Source: a virus
Strand: one strand, 5' to 3'
DNA length: 64,000 nt
IMG/VR virus record: IMGVR_UViG_3300029305_004519
Location: 13,541 to 77,540 of that record
Of the stretch, positions 10,583-19,986 are shown one piece after another. The position numbers were made by a program, and so were the translations under genes. Positions within the stretch are counted from its first letter, which is position 1. Every line of letters begins with the position of its first letter. The notes beneath the pieces were generated by a model. The model did not search any database. It saw only the letters and a list, made by a program, of their open reading frames with translations, and was not told the origin of the DNA.

Positions 10583-10963
10583 TTACTCCTCTTTCGACCT
10601 CTTTTCAGGTATTACTACTGTTACGCTCATACCAAGCTCAGTAAGTGAATAACAAGTGGGAGTTCCTTCTGTCTTACTTACATAACCATCAGTAACAAGC
10701 TTTCTCATGGCGCCAGATACTGTGCGCGAAGAACAGAAGAGCCCATCACCAATTTCCTTTGCTTTAAGGATGTTGTTATAAGACTCATGATTCTCCTGCA
10801 TCCAAATAAGAACCTTAGCGCCATTTTCTGTGAAGGGAGCCTTCTCCTTTTCAGGCGTTGCTTTAAGTTGCTCAAAGTAGGCGCGGGCGCCCTCTGAAAG
10901 AATAGTGCAACTCTTGCAAACCATATCTTCAATTTCTTTAATAAATTGCTCTTTGTTTGTCAT
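10583..10963 (-). CDS. Putative winged-helix transcriptional regulator
   Basis: SSRTVSGAMRKLVTDGYVSK, an HTH-like segment. Confidence 0.4.
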   Translation of the reverse strand: MTNKEQFIKEIEDMVCKSCTILSEGARAYFEQLKATPEKEKAPFTENGAKVLIWMQENHESYNNILKAKEIGDGLFCSSRTVSGAMRKLVTDGYVSKTEGTPTCYSLTELGMSVTVVIPEKRSKEE

Positions 10964-11044
10964 TTAATTAATTTATCTCCATTTCTATTTATTTGTTCAT
11001 TTTATATAATAATTATAATTAATTTTATATAAAAAGTCAATAAA

Positions 11045-11896
11045 TTAATCAAAGATTAGCTCTTTTGCATAAGGTAAAGTCTGCACCCATTCAAGAAAGC
11101 TATGCCATTCAGAGAGCTTATGTCCCATGCGCTGATGAGCCATGCTACGAAGATTCTCATAATTCATAGTCACTGTGCGGGTTTGGAGCCAACCATTAGG
11201 GAGCCAACGGATAAGTTCTTTCCAATAGCGTTTATCTTTTGTTTCAAGATACTTTTGACGAAGAGCTTCGAGATCTTCAATTAAGTCTTCTGCAAAGGCA
11301 CCTACTGGCATATCAACAGTAGCAGCTTCTTCAACATTAGGATAAGGATATGTGATAGAATCATCATAATCATCAGTCTCAAAGCAATCAAGCGTAATCG
11401 GCGTAAAAGCCAACTTGTGCATTGTACTAGTTGAGTTTGCCGTAGTTCCTATCTTGTAGGTGTCGAATTCTTTCCACCAATAGAGGGGAGCAGTAATGTC
11501 AACAGACACCATAATCTGACGTAAAAACTTACGATGTTCTGGACCTCCGTTTATAAGTCTACGACAAAGATCCATATCATTAGGTCCGATTAGATCAAGA
11601 GTATAGTGATGGTCTGTACCAATTAAAGCAGCCCCTTGTTGCCAGAGCCAGGTATATTTAGCATCAGAAATTTTATCAAACTCTTTATTGTAGTCTTCTT
11701 CTGTTGCAAAAGTGGCATTTTGCAGTTCATATTCTGCCCAAGCATTTGCGACATCATATACATCTTCAGAAATTGAATCTTCATATTCGCACCAAATTCC
11801 AAATTTACTATCGCTTTTCGCCCAGCTATTCATGGGGTTACGCATACCTCTTAGCGCGCCTTCAAAATTCATCACAGCAGTGTTTTCAAATTTCAT
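11045..11896 (-). CDS. ThyX-like (flavin-dependent thymidylate synthase fold) protein that lacks the RHR motif
   Basis: C-terminal region ...NLRSMAHQRMGHKLSEW aligns with ThyX ...[13 protein letters not shown]. At the expected RHR position it has ...KEFDTYKIG. Confidence 0.5.
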   Translation of the reverse strand: MKFENTAVMNFEGALRGMRNPMNSWAKSDSKFGIWCEYEDSISEDVYDVANAWAEYELQNATFATEEDYNKEFDKISDAKYTWLWQQGAALIGTDHHYTLDLIGPNDMDLCRRLINGGPEHRKFLRQIMVSVDITAPLYWWKEFDTYKIGTTANSTSTMHKLAFTPITLDCFETDDYDDSITYPYPNVEEAATVDMPVGAFAEDLIEDLEALRQKYLETKDKRYWKELIRWLPNGWLQTRTVTMNYENLRSMAHQRMGHKLSEWHSFLEWVQTLPYAKELIFD

Positions 11897-12083
11897 TTTC
11901 TTTATTTACCTTTCTATTCCATAATTCTATTGCATCTCTGCAATCTACTTTTGCTTCATCATAGTCAGCCGCCTCATAATAACAATGAGAGCATTGTACC
12001 ACCCAATAAGGACGCTGACCTCCCTCATCTCCTACCTAAATAGGACGAGCTGCATGATGGCATTTTGGACACATAGCTAACAT
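11886..12083 (-). CDS. Small zinc-ribbon protein with one in-frame TAG
   Basis: Hand translation gives MLAMCPKCHHAARPI[TAG]VGDEGGQRPYWVVQCSHCYYEAADYDEAKVDCRDAIELWNRKVNKENEI, then TGA. RBS GGAGGA upstream. Confidence 0.5.
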
Positions 12084-12362
12084 TATTCTTCATCCTCCTC
12101 TATTCCATCTTTATATTTCTTTTTAAGTTTCTTTAAATAGCGAATTGCATCGTCAAAAGAGTCTTCATAGGTCTCATGCTCGAATTCGCCGCTATCTTCC
12201 CATTCAAGAGAGATTTCAATTCTTGTTACTTTCATTATTTAATTCCTCAATTTTTATTTTAAAACAAGTATGACATACAAAATCTAAACAATCGTTCCAA
12301 GACCAAAACTCTTTTTCTTCAATGTCGCCGATTTCATCTGTCCATTCTAGTTTAATATACAT

Positions 12363-13556
12363 TTAGCTATTCCCGCGAGTTTTATTCAGGCCAAAATCAT
12401 ATGTTTGATAGAGGTCGATATAAAACTTCTCCTTTTCATTTAATTCATTGATACTACATTTTTCTAATACTTCAAAAGTAAAGTTATCAATACCTTTTTC
12501 TCTTGTGAATGCATAGAGTTGACTTGTTACAGGGGTGTCGATACCCAAGCTACATTTAACATGCGTTACCCAACGCTCTTTGATATCTTTAGCTTGTCCG
12601 ATGTATGATATGCCAGAGTCAATGTGGGTAATTTTATATATTCCACTTGCGCCCACCGCACCTACGCGCGCCGCAAGGTCATTGACTTTATCTCTATAGA
12701 ATGTAGACCATATAAGCATTCGCAAAGGTCTTGCCTCACGCAAATTATATTCAATGCTTTGAAGATATGCAACATCCCGTTTATCAGCTTCATTAATTTG
12801 AAGGGTATAAAATGTCGCTTGATTTTTAATTTCTTCTTCACGGAGTTGTGCCTCCATTGCGGCGGCCTTAGTTGCACGAATTTTTTCTAGCTCTTCACGA
12901 ATTGAATCTAAATCAGCGCGCATTGCCGCCTCTTCTTCTTGCAGCTCTTTAGACATTGATTGTTGCTTATCATAAAAGAGTTTTACAAGAATATCTAAAT
13001 CTTGACGCTGTTCTTCGATTAAACCATTTTCTCTAGCATCTAATTCTAACATTCTAGTGAAATAAAGCTCATCTAGCTTTGCGATGTCATTATTAAACTC
13101 CTGTTCTCGCTTTTGATATTCATAATCAAGAGTATCACAATATTGCTCAAATGAGGTGCGAGCAGCTGCCTTTAAACTACCTGACATCTCATCTATTGAG
13201 CGATTTAAAGTGGCGATTTGCGCCTCCACTCCTGCTTTTTCAATTTGCTTATTTTGAATTTCATTTATTAACAATAATTTCTATTGAGTTAATTGATTTA
13301 ATTCGTCATAAGAATTTTTTGTTTTTTTACAGTTCTCTTCATACTTTTGAGAAATTTCATTGTTAGATTTTATCAATAAGTCATTTTGAGCTTCTAGGCT
13401 TTTGCGAGTTGCATGTAATGACTAATTAAGCTCTTCCAGTTTCTAATTTTCTTCTGCTACATAGTGATTTGCTTTTATAGTTGTGGCTTTAGCCCATATT
13501 CCGTAAGCAAGGCCGCCTACGCCAAGAAGAATTGATATTACACATATGATTATCAT
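12363..13556 (-). CDS. GIY-YIG endonuclease with N-terminal TM/coiled-coil region and three in-frame TAG codons
   Basis: C-terminal GIYKITHIDSGISYIGQAKDIKERW (GIY-YIG). Reading up from the ORF-track start, the frame stays open through TAGs: MIIICVISILLGVGGLAYGIWAKATTIKANHYVAEEN[TAG]KLEELN[TAG]SLHATRKS...LNQLTQ[TAG]KLLLINEIQNK. Total 398 codons. Confidence 0.5.
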
Positions 13557-13569
13557 AATTACAATTTAA

Positions 13570-13605
13570 GGGGTAATTTATTCAATTACCCCTTATTTCC
13601 TTTAC
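13570..13605. terminator. Hairpin terminator-like element (9-bp perfect inverted repeat plus T-run)
   Basis: GGGGTAATTtattcAATTACCCC followed by TTATTTCCTTT. Confidence 0.4.
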
Positions 13606-13608
13606 TAA

Positions 13609-13860
13609 TTAGTCTTCTGTTGCAGTAGGATCATAGTCACGACCTGTATCAGTAAGGCGAATATATTTTACCTTACCGCCAGTGACTGCAACCTCTTCAC
13701 GCTCTAAAAGCTCGTGGTGTCTAGCCATAGCAGTGATGCATCCATTTACCGACTTTACAGGAATACCCGTTGCCTATGCAATATCTGCTGCAGTGAAATC
13801 TTCTCCGTCATGCTCTCTTACATAATTAAAAATTGTTAAACTGTTTTCTTTAAGTGCCAT
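13609..13860 (-). CDS. Small winged-HTH protein with one in-frame TAG
   Basis: MALKENSLTIFNYVREHDGEDFTAADIA[TAG]ATGIPVKSVNGCITAMARHHELLEREEVAVTGGKVKYIRLTDTGRDYDPTATED, then TAA. 84 codons. Confidence 0.5.
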
Positions 13861-14185
13861 TGCCTTAAATCTCCTTTTATTTCTTAATATTTAGCAGTAT
13901 TTATCTCTGCTATCGTAGTAATATAATTATATAATAAAATTTATTTATTGTCAAGAAGATTCTTATTATAGATATAGTCCTCAATAGCAAACATCTCAAT
14001 CATTGTGCAACTTTCAATGATGTTAGTCATTTCCTCTTCTGCTGCAGATTTATCAATGCCTGCTTTGATTTGCTTTTCAAGTTCTACAATGCGCTTGATT
14101 TTTGGCACAAGGCGCTTGTGCATTGCTTTGCGTTGCTCCCTATTCATAGGTGCATCTGCTTTTTCCGTTATGTTGTAATTTGCTT

Positions 14186-15019
14186 TCATTTCATTAACTC
14201 CAATAATTCTTCTTCAGTAATAATCGGAATGCCAAGTTCCTTTGCTTTAAGATTCTTTGATGATGTACTATCAATATCATTATTGACGAGATAATCAGTT
14301 TTTGAAGAGACCGATGATGTTACTTTACCACCTGCGGCGGTCACTGCTGCAGAAAGTTCATCTCGGTTTTTCCAGATGTGGACTCGACCTGTAACGCAAA
14401 AGGTTTTACCCTCAAGCGCATTTCCAGAATTTTCCAGCGCGCTTTCATTTGTTTTAAAGGTAATAATCCCCTTTTCTACAAGGCTATCTGCTTCCGTATA
14501 GTCAAAGCTTAAAATCGCATCTGCTTTCTCTGGTCCAATACCATCAAGCGACTCAAAATCAAAGCCATTCGCAACAGCATTTCTAAATTCTTCATAAGTT
14601 TCAAAAGTATTTGCAAGTTTCTGCGCATAGGTCTTACCTATAAGCGGAATGCTAATTGCGCTTAAATACTGTGCAAGAGTAGTCTCGCGTGCTTTCCATA
14701 TAGAGTCAATGAGCTTAGTTACGCTTTTAGGTCCGAAACCAGGCTTACTAGCCCAGAGATCAGCTACTTCACCGAGTGCGCAAATATCGCTTATAGAAGA
14801 TACCCAGCCCCAGTCGATAAGTTTCTCTAAAGTTGCTTTAGACAAGCCTTTAATATCAAGACCTTTCTTTGATACAAAATGTTCTAATTTGTTAATCAAT
14901 TTTCCACTGCAATCAGGATTATTACAAAATAATTCTTGTGTGCCGCTATCGCTCGTTTTGATAATTGTATTTCCGCCGCAAATAGGACAAGTCTTTGGTA
15001 TTTCAATCCATTCAATCAT
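14186..15019 (-). CDS. ligA: NAD-dependent DNA ligase, C-terminal half (Zn finger, HhH, BRCT)
   Basis: CPICGG...CNNPDC zinc finger, HhH region, then BRCT-like GKTFCVTGRV...ELGIPIITEEELLELMK. Own RBS and ATG. Confidence 0.8.
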   Translation of the reverse strand: MIEWIEIPKTCPICGGNTIIKTSDSGTQELFCNNPDCSGKLINKLEHFVSKKGLDIKGLSKATLEKLIDWGWVSSISDICALGEVADLWASKPGFGPKSVTKLIDSIWKARETTLAQYLSAISIPLIGKTYAQKLANTFETYEEFRNAVANGFDFESLDGIGPEKADAILSFDYTEADSLVEKGIITFKTNESALENSGNALEGKTFCVTGRVHIWKNRDELSAAVTAAGGKVTSSVSSKTDYLVNNDIDSTSSKNLKAKELGIPIITEEELLELMK

Positions 15020-15983
15020 ATTTTCTTTCCTTTTTTACAATAAATTTACTTTTATTAATATCTAAATCTTCTAAGGTTAATTGTTCAAGATGAGTATAAG
15101 GAATTCTAATTAATATAATATTATTATCCATACACCATTTATTCTTAAAAAGATCTCGAGCATTAGTTTTTTGAAATTGCTCTTCTGCGACTTTTTTAGA
15201 TATGCCTCCAAATTGTCGAGGAGTAAAATGCTGTTCCCCATCATATTCAATTAAATATTTATTTTCAACAAAAAAATCATAATATAAATGATAATTCGTA
15301 TCTGGGTAAACACAAGTATCAAAAGTTTTCTATTTTTCAAAAGTAATATTATTTTCTTTTAAAAGTTTTTCAATACAGTATTCTCCTTTTGATTTTCCTA
15401 AGCACCCACAAGAAGAAGTGTGACCTCGTCTAAGATTTAACGTTGAAACTTGGATTTTATTATGATCAGGACATGAGCATTCACATAGCCACATAATTCT
15501 ACCATTTGGATCACGTTCTTCCATTTTTTCTATAACTGTTAATTTACCAAAATGGGATCCAACAAGATTTAATGCTCTTTGTTCTCCCAATTTCTTCATG
15601 CGCTCTTTGGTAATACAACCACAAGATTTAGTACCTCCATTTTCTCCTTTTTTCAGCTAATCAGTTGGTACTTTAGTAATATTTCCACAATCACACTAAC
15701 ATTCCCATATCATACATCTTTTAGGGGTTTTTTCTCCAGTTGGACGTAAAGCCACTAATCGTCCGAATCTTTGCCCTGTTAAATCTTCAAATTTAGGTTC
15801 ATGTTTTTTACATCCACAAGAAGTTACTCGCTTTGCATTTAATTCTCCAGAAGTTACTTCTTTTTGATTTCCACACTAACATTGACAAAGCCAAACAACA
15901 GCTCCCCCTTTTCGTTTGTCTGTTTTTTCAATTACTGTTAAATAACCAAACTACTCTCCAATTAAATTTTTACAAGCTGGCAT
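15012..15983 (-). CDS. Homing endonuclease (Zn-ribbon repeats plus Vsr-like/DUF559 nuclease domain) with five in-frame TAG codons, inserted inside ligA
   Basis: RBS AAGGAGAAAAG and ATG at 15983. Frame open for 324 codons through TAGs at GE*FGY, QC*CGN, EC*CDC, TD*LKK and FEK*KTF. C-terminus has YDFFVENKYLIEYDGEQHF...ARDLFKNKW...ILIRIPY (DUF559/Vsr-like). Ends with TGA overlapping the ligA-C ATG. Confidence 0.5.
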
Positions 15984-17103
15984 CGTTTATCTTTTCTCCT
16001 TCTGCTACCTGCGGAATAATTTGATTAGCGAGGTAGACTTTAATTTTTTGTCCTTTATAAGGTCTACCTAATATTAAATTTAAAGTAGATAAATTATGCA
16101 AATTTGCCCTTGAAATTATATTTGAACCCGTATCTACATCTTTGTAAACTGCAACTGGAGTCAAGACACCAGTTCTACCCATAGACCATTCAATGTCTAA
16201 GAGTTCAGTCTCATATTCCTCGTCATAGAATTTATAAGCAAGACCGCCGCGAAAATGATGTTCTGTTCTACCTGCTGCTTGGTATTCTTTAATATTATCC
16301 CACTTAAAGACAATACCATCAATAGGATAGTCATTTAAAGAAGATAACCCTTTTATAGATGCTTCAATATATTTTTCAGTCTCACCTCCGCAAAATGGAA
16401 CACTAATAAAGCTTAAACTTTGCAAATGAGTAAGTTTGGCGCTTAAAGTAGTCATATCAATATAATTAAATCCTTGAATAATATCCCAAGCTACAAAAGT
16501 CAATTCTCTTTTAGCGCACTCATTACTATCCAAAAGTCGAATACTACCAGCTGCAAAGTTACGCGCATTAGCATGCTTGCCTTTGAATTGCTCAAAAGTA
16601 TCGAGATCGCAGATAACTTCTCCATCTACTACAAGTGTATCTTTATAAGGAATAATTTGTGGAATAGAGGGGAGCACTCGCGCATTATGGGTAATATCTT
16701 CGCCCTCAACGCCGTCTCCTCTTGTCTCGGCGCGAATTAGTCTACCTTCTTCATAAGTCAAACGACAAGTTAAACCGTCAAGCTTAAGCATTGCAATCCA
16801 TTCTTTATCACCGATAAAAGATTTAATTTCTTCAATATCTTTTGTCTTATCAAGTGAAAGCATAGGTTGATATTCATGCTTTACTTTTTTAAGCTCAGAT
16901 ACTACTTCATATCTAATCTTCTTAGTAGGTGAATTTTCAAATTCGATACTTGGAAACTCTTGTTCAAGAGCTTTAAGTTCCAAATAAGCTTCATCCCATT
17001 CTTTATCTGTTATCTTTGGAGTCCCAGCATCATATTGGTCTTGATGATAATTAAGATATTCAATTAATCTTCGCATTTTTTGCGCTACATCAAATTTCTC
17101 CAT
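15970..17103 (-). CDS. ligA: NAD-dependent DNA ligase, N-terminal half (adenylation plus OB domains)
   Basis: KxDG motif MLKLDGLTCRL and ...IIPQVAEG (OB end). Stops just before the Zn-finger region, which is encoded by 14186-15019. Confidence 0.8.
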   Translation of the reverse strand: MEKFDVAQKMRRLIEYLNYHQDQYDAGTPKITDKEWDEAYLELKALEQEFPSIEFENSPTKKIRYEVVSELKKVKHEYQPMLSLDKTKDIEEIKSFIGDKEWIAMLKLDGLTCRLTYEEGRLIRAETRGDGVEGEDITHNARVLPSIPQIIPYKDTLVVDGEVICDLDTFEQFKGKHANARNFAAGSIRLLDSNECAKRELTFVAWDIIQGFNYIDMTTLSAKLTHLQSLSFISVPFCGGETEKYIEASIKGLSSLNDYPIDGIVFKWDNIKEYQAAGRTEHHFRGGLAYKFYDEEYETELLDIEWSMGRTGVLTPVAVYKDVDTGSNIISRANLHNLSTLNLILGRPYKGQKIKVYLANQIIPQVAEGEKINDASL

Positions 17104-17123
17104 ATTTATTCTCCTTTTTATTC

Positions 17124-17165
17124 TTATAATATATTATAACATATTTTTAATAAAAAATCAAAAGA
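17124..17165 (-). promoter_or_regulatory. Conserved phage promoter (middle/late class) upstream of ligA-N
   Basis: Plus-strand ttataatatattataacatatttttaataaaaaatcaa; minus strand reads TTGATTTTTTATTAAAAATATGTTATAATATATTATAA. Confidence 0.65.
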
Positions 17166-17176
17166 AGAGAGGATAA

Positions 17177-17605
17177 TTAATCCTCTCTTTTAACCCGGCC
17201 TAGCTTATCCGCGGAAGCCTCAGTATAAAATGAATAATAACTAATATTATGCTTAATGCGGTAGCGTTCAAAACAGCCCGCCCAGATTAAAGAAGGTAAC
17301 GCAATCACTAACAGGTAAAGGGGACCAAGTTTGTGAGATTGAATAGTATGTCCGTACTCATGTGCCATATAATCTCGATGCCATTTAGATGCCATTACTT
17401 CTTCTATTGGCTTATCGAAATGCTTTCTTGGTAAAAAGATATGGTTGCTTAAAGACATTCCACCACCATGTCCCCAGAAATAAAAATGTACGCTCTCACC
17501 ATTCATGTCTGTCATATCAAGTGGCTCTGCTTTAAATACCCATTTTACGATATGGGCAAGCGCCTTTTGAGGCGCTTCCCATATTCTGCTTAACCATTTA
17601 TTCAT
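17177..17605 (-). CDS. Putative membrane zinc metallopeptidase (HExxH)
   Basis: HEYGH motif; hydrophobic C-terminal segment. Confidence 0.35.
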   Translation of the reverse strand: MNKWLSRIWEAPQKALAHIVKWVFKAEPLDMTDMNGESVHFYFWGHGGGMSLSNHIFLPRKHFDKPIEEVMASKWHRDYMAHEYGHTIQSHKLGPLYLLVIALPSLIWAGCFERYRIKHNISYYSFYTEASADKLGRVKRED

Positions 17606-19986
17606 AGTTTAATTACACTCCTTATAACGCTATTTTTAATCATTATATTGCCTTGCGCCGTACGTGCTAAGAGGGGAATTTCAGTGGCCGATATACAGAT
17701 GCTATTTGGTGAACCGACTATAAGAAGGTTATCTTCATCACTAATCAATACTGCGCCAGCCAGATCTCCACTTCCTATCTTTAGACCCTTACCACCTCTA
17801 CCCTGAACAGGGAATTCTTCAAGCAAGGTCTTGCGCCCCATACCATTTGTACTAAATGTTGCAAGAGTATCAGTGTTATGCTTAATAGGCAATCCGGTTA
17901 ATACTTCATCATCCTCATTTAGTTTAATACTCTTTACACCAGCGGTTACGCGCCCAATAGGGGCAATTTCTTTTGTTTCAAACCTAATGCTCATGCCTTG
18001 CTTGGTAATGATGATAAAATCTTCTTCATTAGCAAAAGTAACAGTAGCAAGAGAGTCGCCTTCCTTAAACTTAATTGCGGCGATGCCGGTTGCACGTTTG
18101 GTCTGGAGATATTCTTCCAATTTCGTCTTCTTGAAAAGACCTTGTTTTGTAATGAAGATTACATATTCTGCTTGGCTCTTGCGATAAAGTGAAGTCATCG
18201 CCACTACTTTTTCATCTGCTTCAAGATTAATCAACGCGCCAATACGCCCACCCTTGGAAGCATTAGTTCCAGTAGGAACTTTATCTACAAGTAAGCGATA
18301 CATTTTACCTTTATCTGTAAAGAACATTAAAGTATCAACAGTATTGGTAGAAATCATGTCAAGGATTGCGTCATCTGTTGTCTTTACTCCTTTGCCATTG
18401 CGGCGTTGCGTCTTAAAAGAAGCAGCAGGTACTCTCTTAATGTCACCATTTTGAGTCGCTATTACTACACAGTCTTCAGGCACTACTGTTTCAATTTCTT
18501 TCTCTGCTTTAGGAAGCTCGATTTGCTCAAGACCAGTTCTACGTGCGTCTCCGTATTTTTTAACGAATGCTGCAAGGCGCTCGCGCAATACTTCACGCTG
18601 CTTAGTTTCATTGAGGAAAAGAGTATTTAATTCTTCAACTTCTTTACGGAGCTCTTCTGCCTCTTGATTCAGCTCAACCTTTTCAAGTCCAGCAAGCTTA
18701 CCAAGTTTCATATCGACAATAGCTTTTGCCTGCGCTTCAGAGAATTTATAAGTGGTGATTAATGCATCCTTGGCGGCCGCCGCACTTGCAGATTTCTTAA
18801 TGAGAGCGATAATGTTGTCGATATCTTCCAATGCACGAAGCAGTCCTTCAACGATATGAAGTCTATCTTGTGCTTTTTCTAAATCAAACTGCGCTTCGTT
18901 TTGAATGCAAAGTAAGTTATGGTCTACATAAATCTCACAGCACTGTTTCAAATTAAGCTCCGTAGGAGTCTTATCAACAAGAGCGACCTGGTTGTATGAG
19001 AATGAGGACTGGAGATCAGTCTTTGCGAACAACTGCTTTACGATGGCGTCAGGGTTCGCGCCTTTTTCGCACTCGATAACAATTCTCATACCTTTCTTAT
19101 TACTCTCGTCTCTTAGATTTTCAATACCTTCAAGCTCTTTTGTATCACAAAGCTTACCAATATCCGCAAGAAGAGCTTCTGTTTGAACTCCATAAGGTAT
19201 CTCGTAAAAGACGATATTTTGTTTTTCTATATTATATCTACCGCGAACCTTTACTGTTCCGCGACCAGTTTTCATGATTGCAGGAATGTCGTTTTTATTT
19301 ATTACAACACCACCTGTTGGGAAGTCAGGTCCAGGTAACATAGGCTCGGCGCCATCCATATATGCGAAAATTGCATCTGCAACTTCAGTTAAGTTATGAG
19401 GCGCCCAATTACACGCAATAGCCCAACCAATACCCATATTCGGGTTGCAAAGTAGATTAGGAAACAATGCAGGAAGAGTCATAGGTTCTTCTGTTGTTTC
19501 ATCATAGTTGCGCATAAAGCGCACATTGCGCTTTTTTAGTCCTTGCAATAGTCCATCTTCAGTGAACTTAGCAAGGCGCGCTTCAGTATAACGATAATGT
19601 GCCGGACCATCGCCGCCCACATTTCCCATATTTCCGTGGAAATCAATCAGCGGATATCTCATTTCCCAAGGCTGCGCAAGGCGAACAAGCGCGCCGTAAA
19701 TAGAGCTATCTCCATGGGGATGGAATCTAGCCATTACATCTCCGACAATATTCGCGCATTTAACATGAGGCTTGTTAGAGCTTCTACCCGAATCATACGC
19801 GCCATAAATGATTCTTCTTGCAACAGGTTTTAAACCACTTGTAGCATCTGGTATCGCTCGGTCTTCATTCACGGCGGCTGCGTACTCAATGCAGTTATTA
19901 GATAATTCTTGTGTTAATTCAACTTTATTATACTCCATACTTAGCCTCCTTGCTATGGTCTTGAATAAACTTCTTTCTTGCTGCAA
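17602..19986 (-). CDS. Type IIA topoisomerase subunit A (GyrA/ParC/T4 gp52-like)
   Basis: AIPDATSGLKPVARRIIYGA...HPHGDSSIYGALVRLAQ...YRYTEARL signature; beta-pinwheel-like C-terminus. 794 aa. Confidence 0.85.
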   Translation of the reverse strand: MQQERSLFKTIARRLSMEYNKVELTQELSNNCIEYAAAVNEDRAIPDATSGLKPVARRIIYGAYDSGRSSNKPHVKCANIVGDVMARFHPHGDSSIYGALVRLAQPWEMRYPLIDFHGNMGNVGGDGPAHYRYTEARLAKFTEDGLLQGLKKRNVRFMRNYDETTEEPMTLPALFPNLLCNPNMGIGWAIACNWAPHNLTEVADAIFAYMDGAEPMLPGPDFPTGGVVINKNDIPAIMKTGRGTVKVRGRYNIEKQNIVFYEIPYGVQTEALLADIGKLCDTKELEGIENLRDESNKKGMRIVIECEKGANPDAIVKQLFAKTDLQSSFSYNQVALVDKTPTELNLKQCCEIYVDHNLLCIQNEAQFDLEKAQDRLHIVEGLLRALEDIDNIIALIKKSASAAAAKDALITTYKFSEAQAKAIVDMKLGKLAGLEKVELNQEAEELRKEVEELNTLFLNETKQREVLRERLAAFVKKYGDARRTGLEQIELPKAEKEIETVVPEDCVVIATQNGDIKRVPAASFKTQRRNGKGVKTTDDAILDMISTNTVDTLMFFTDKGKMYRLLVDKVPTGTNASKGGRIGALINLEADEKVVAMTSLYRKSQAEYVIFITKQGLFKKTKLEEYLQTKRATGIAAIKFKEGDSLATVTFANEEDFIIITKQGMSIRFETKEIAPIGRVTAGVKSIKLNEDDEVLTGLPIKHNTDTLATFSTNGMGRKTLLEEFPVQGRGGKGLKIGSGDLAGAVLISDEDNLLIVGSPNSICISATEIPLLARTAQGNIMIKNSVIRSVIKL

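Noticed and set aside
14186-17103. Calling ligA a pseudogene because it is broken into two ORFs
   Set aside because: Both halves keep intact motifs (KxDG adenylation site; Zn finger, HhH and BRCT) and independent RBS and ATG signals. The break coincides exactly with a mobile endonuclease insertion, which is typical of functional split genes in phages.
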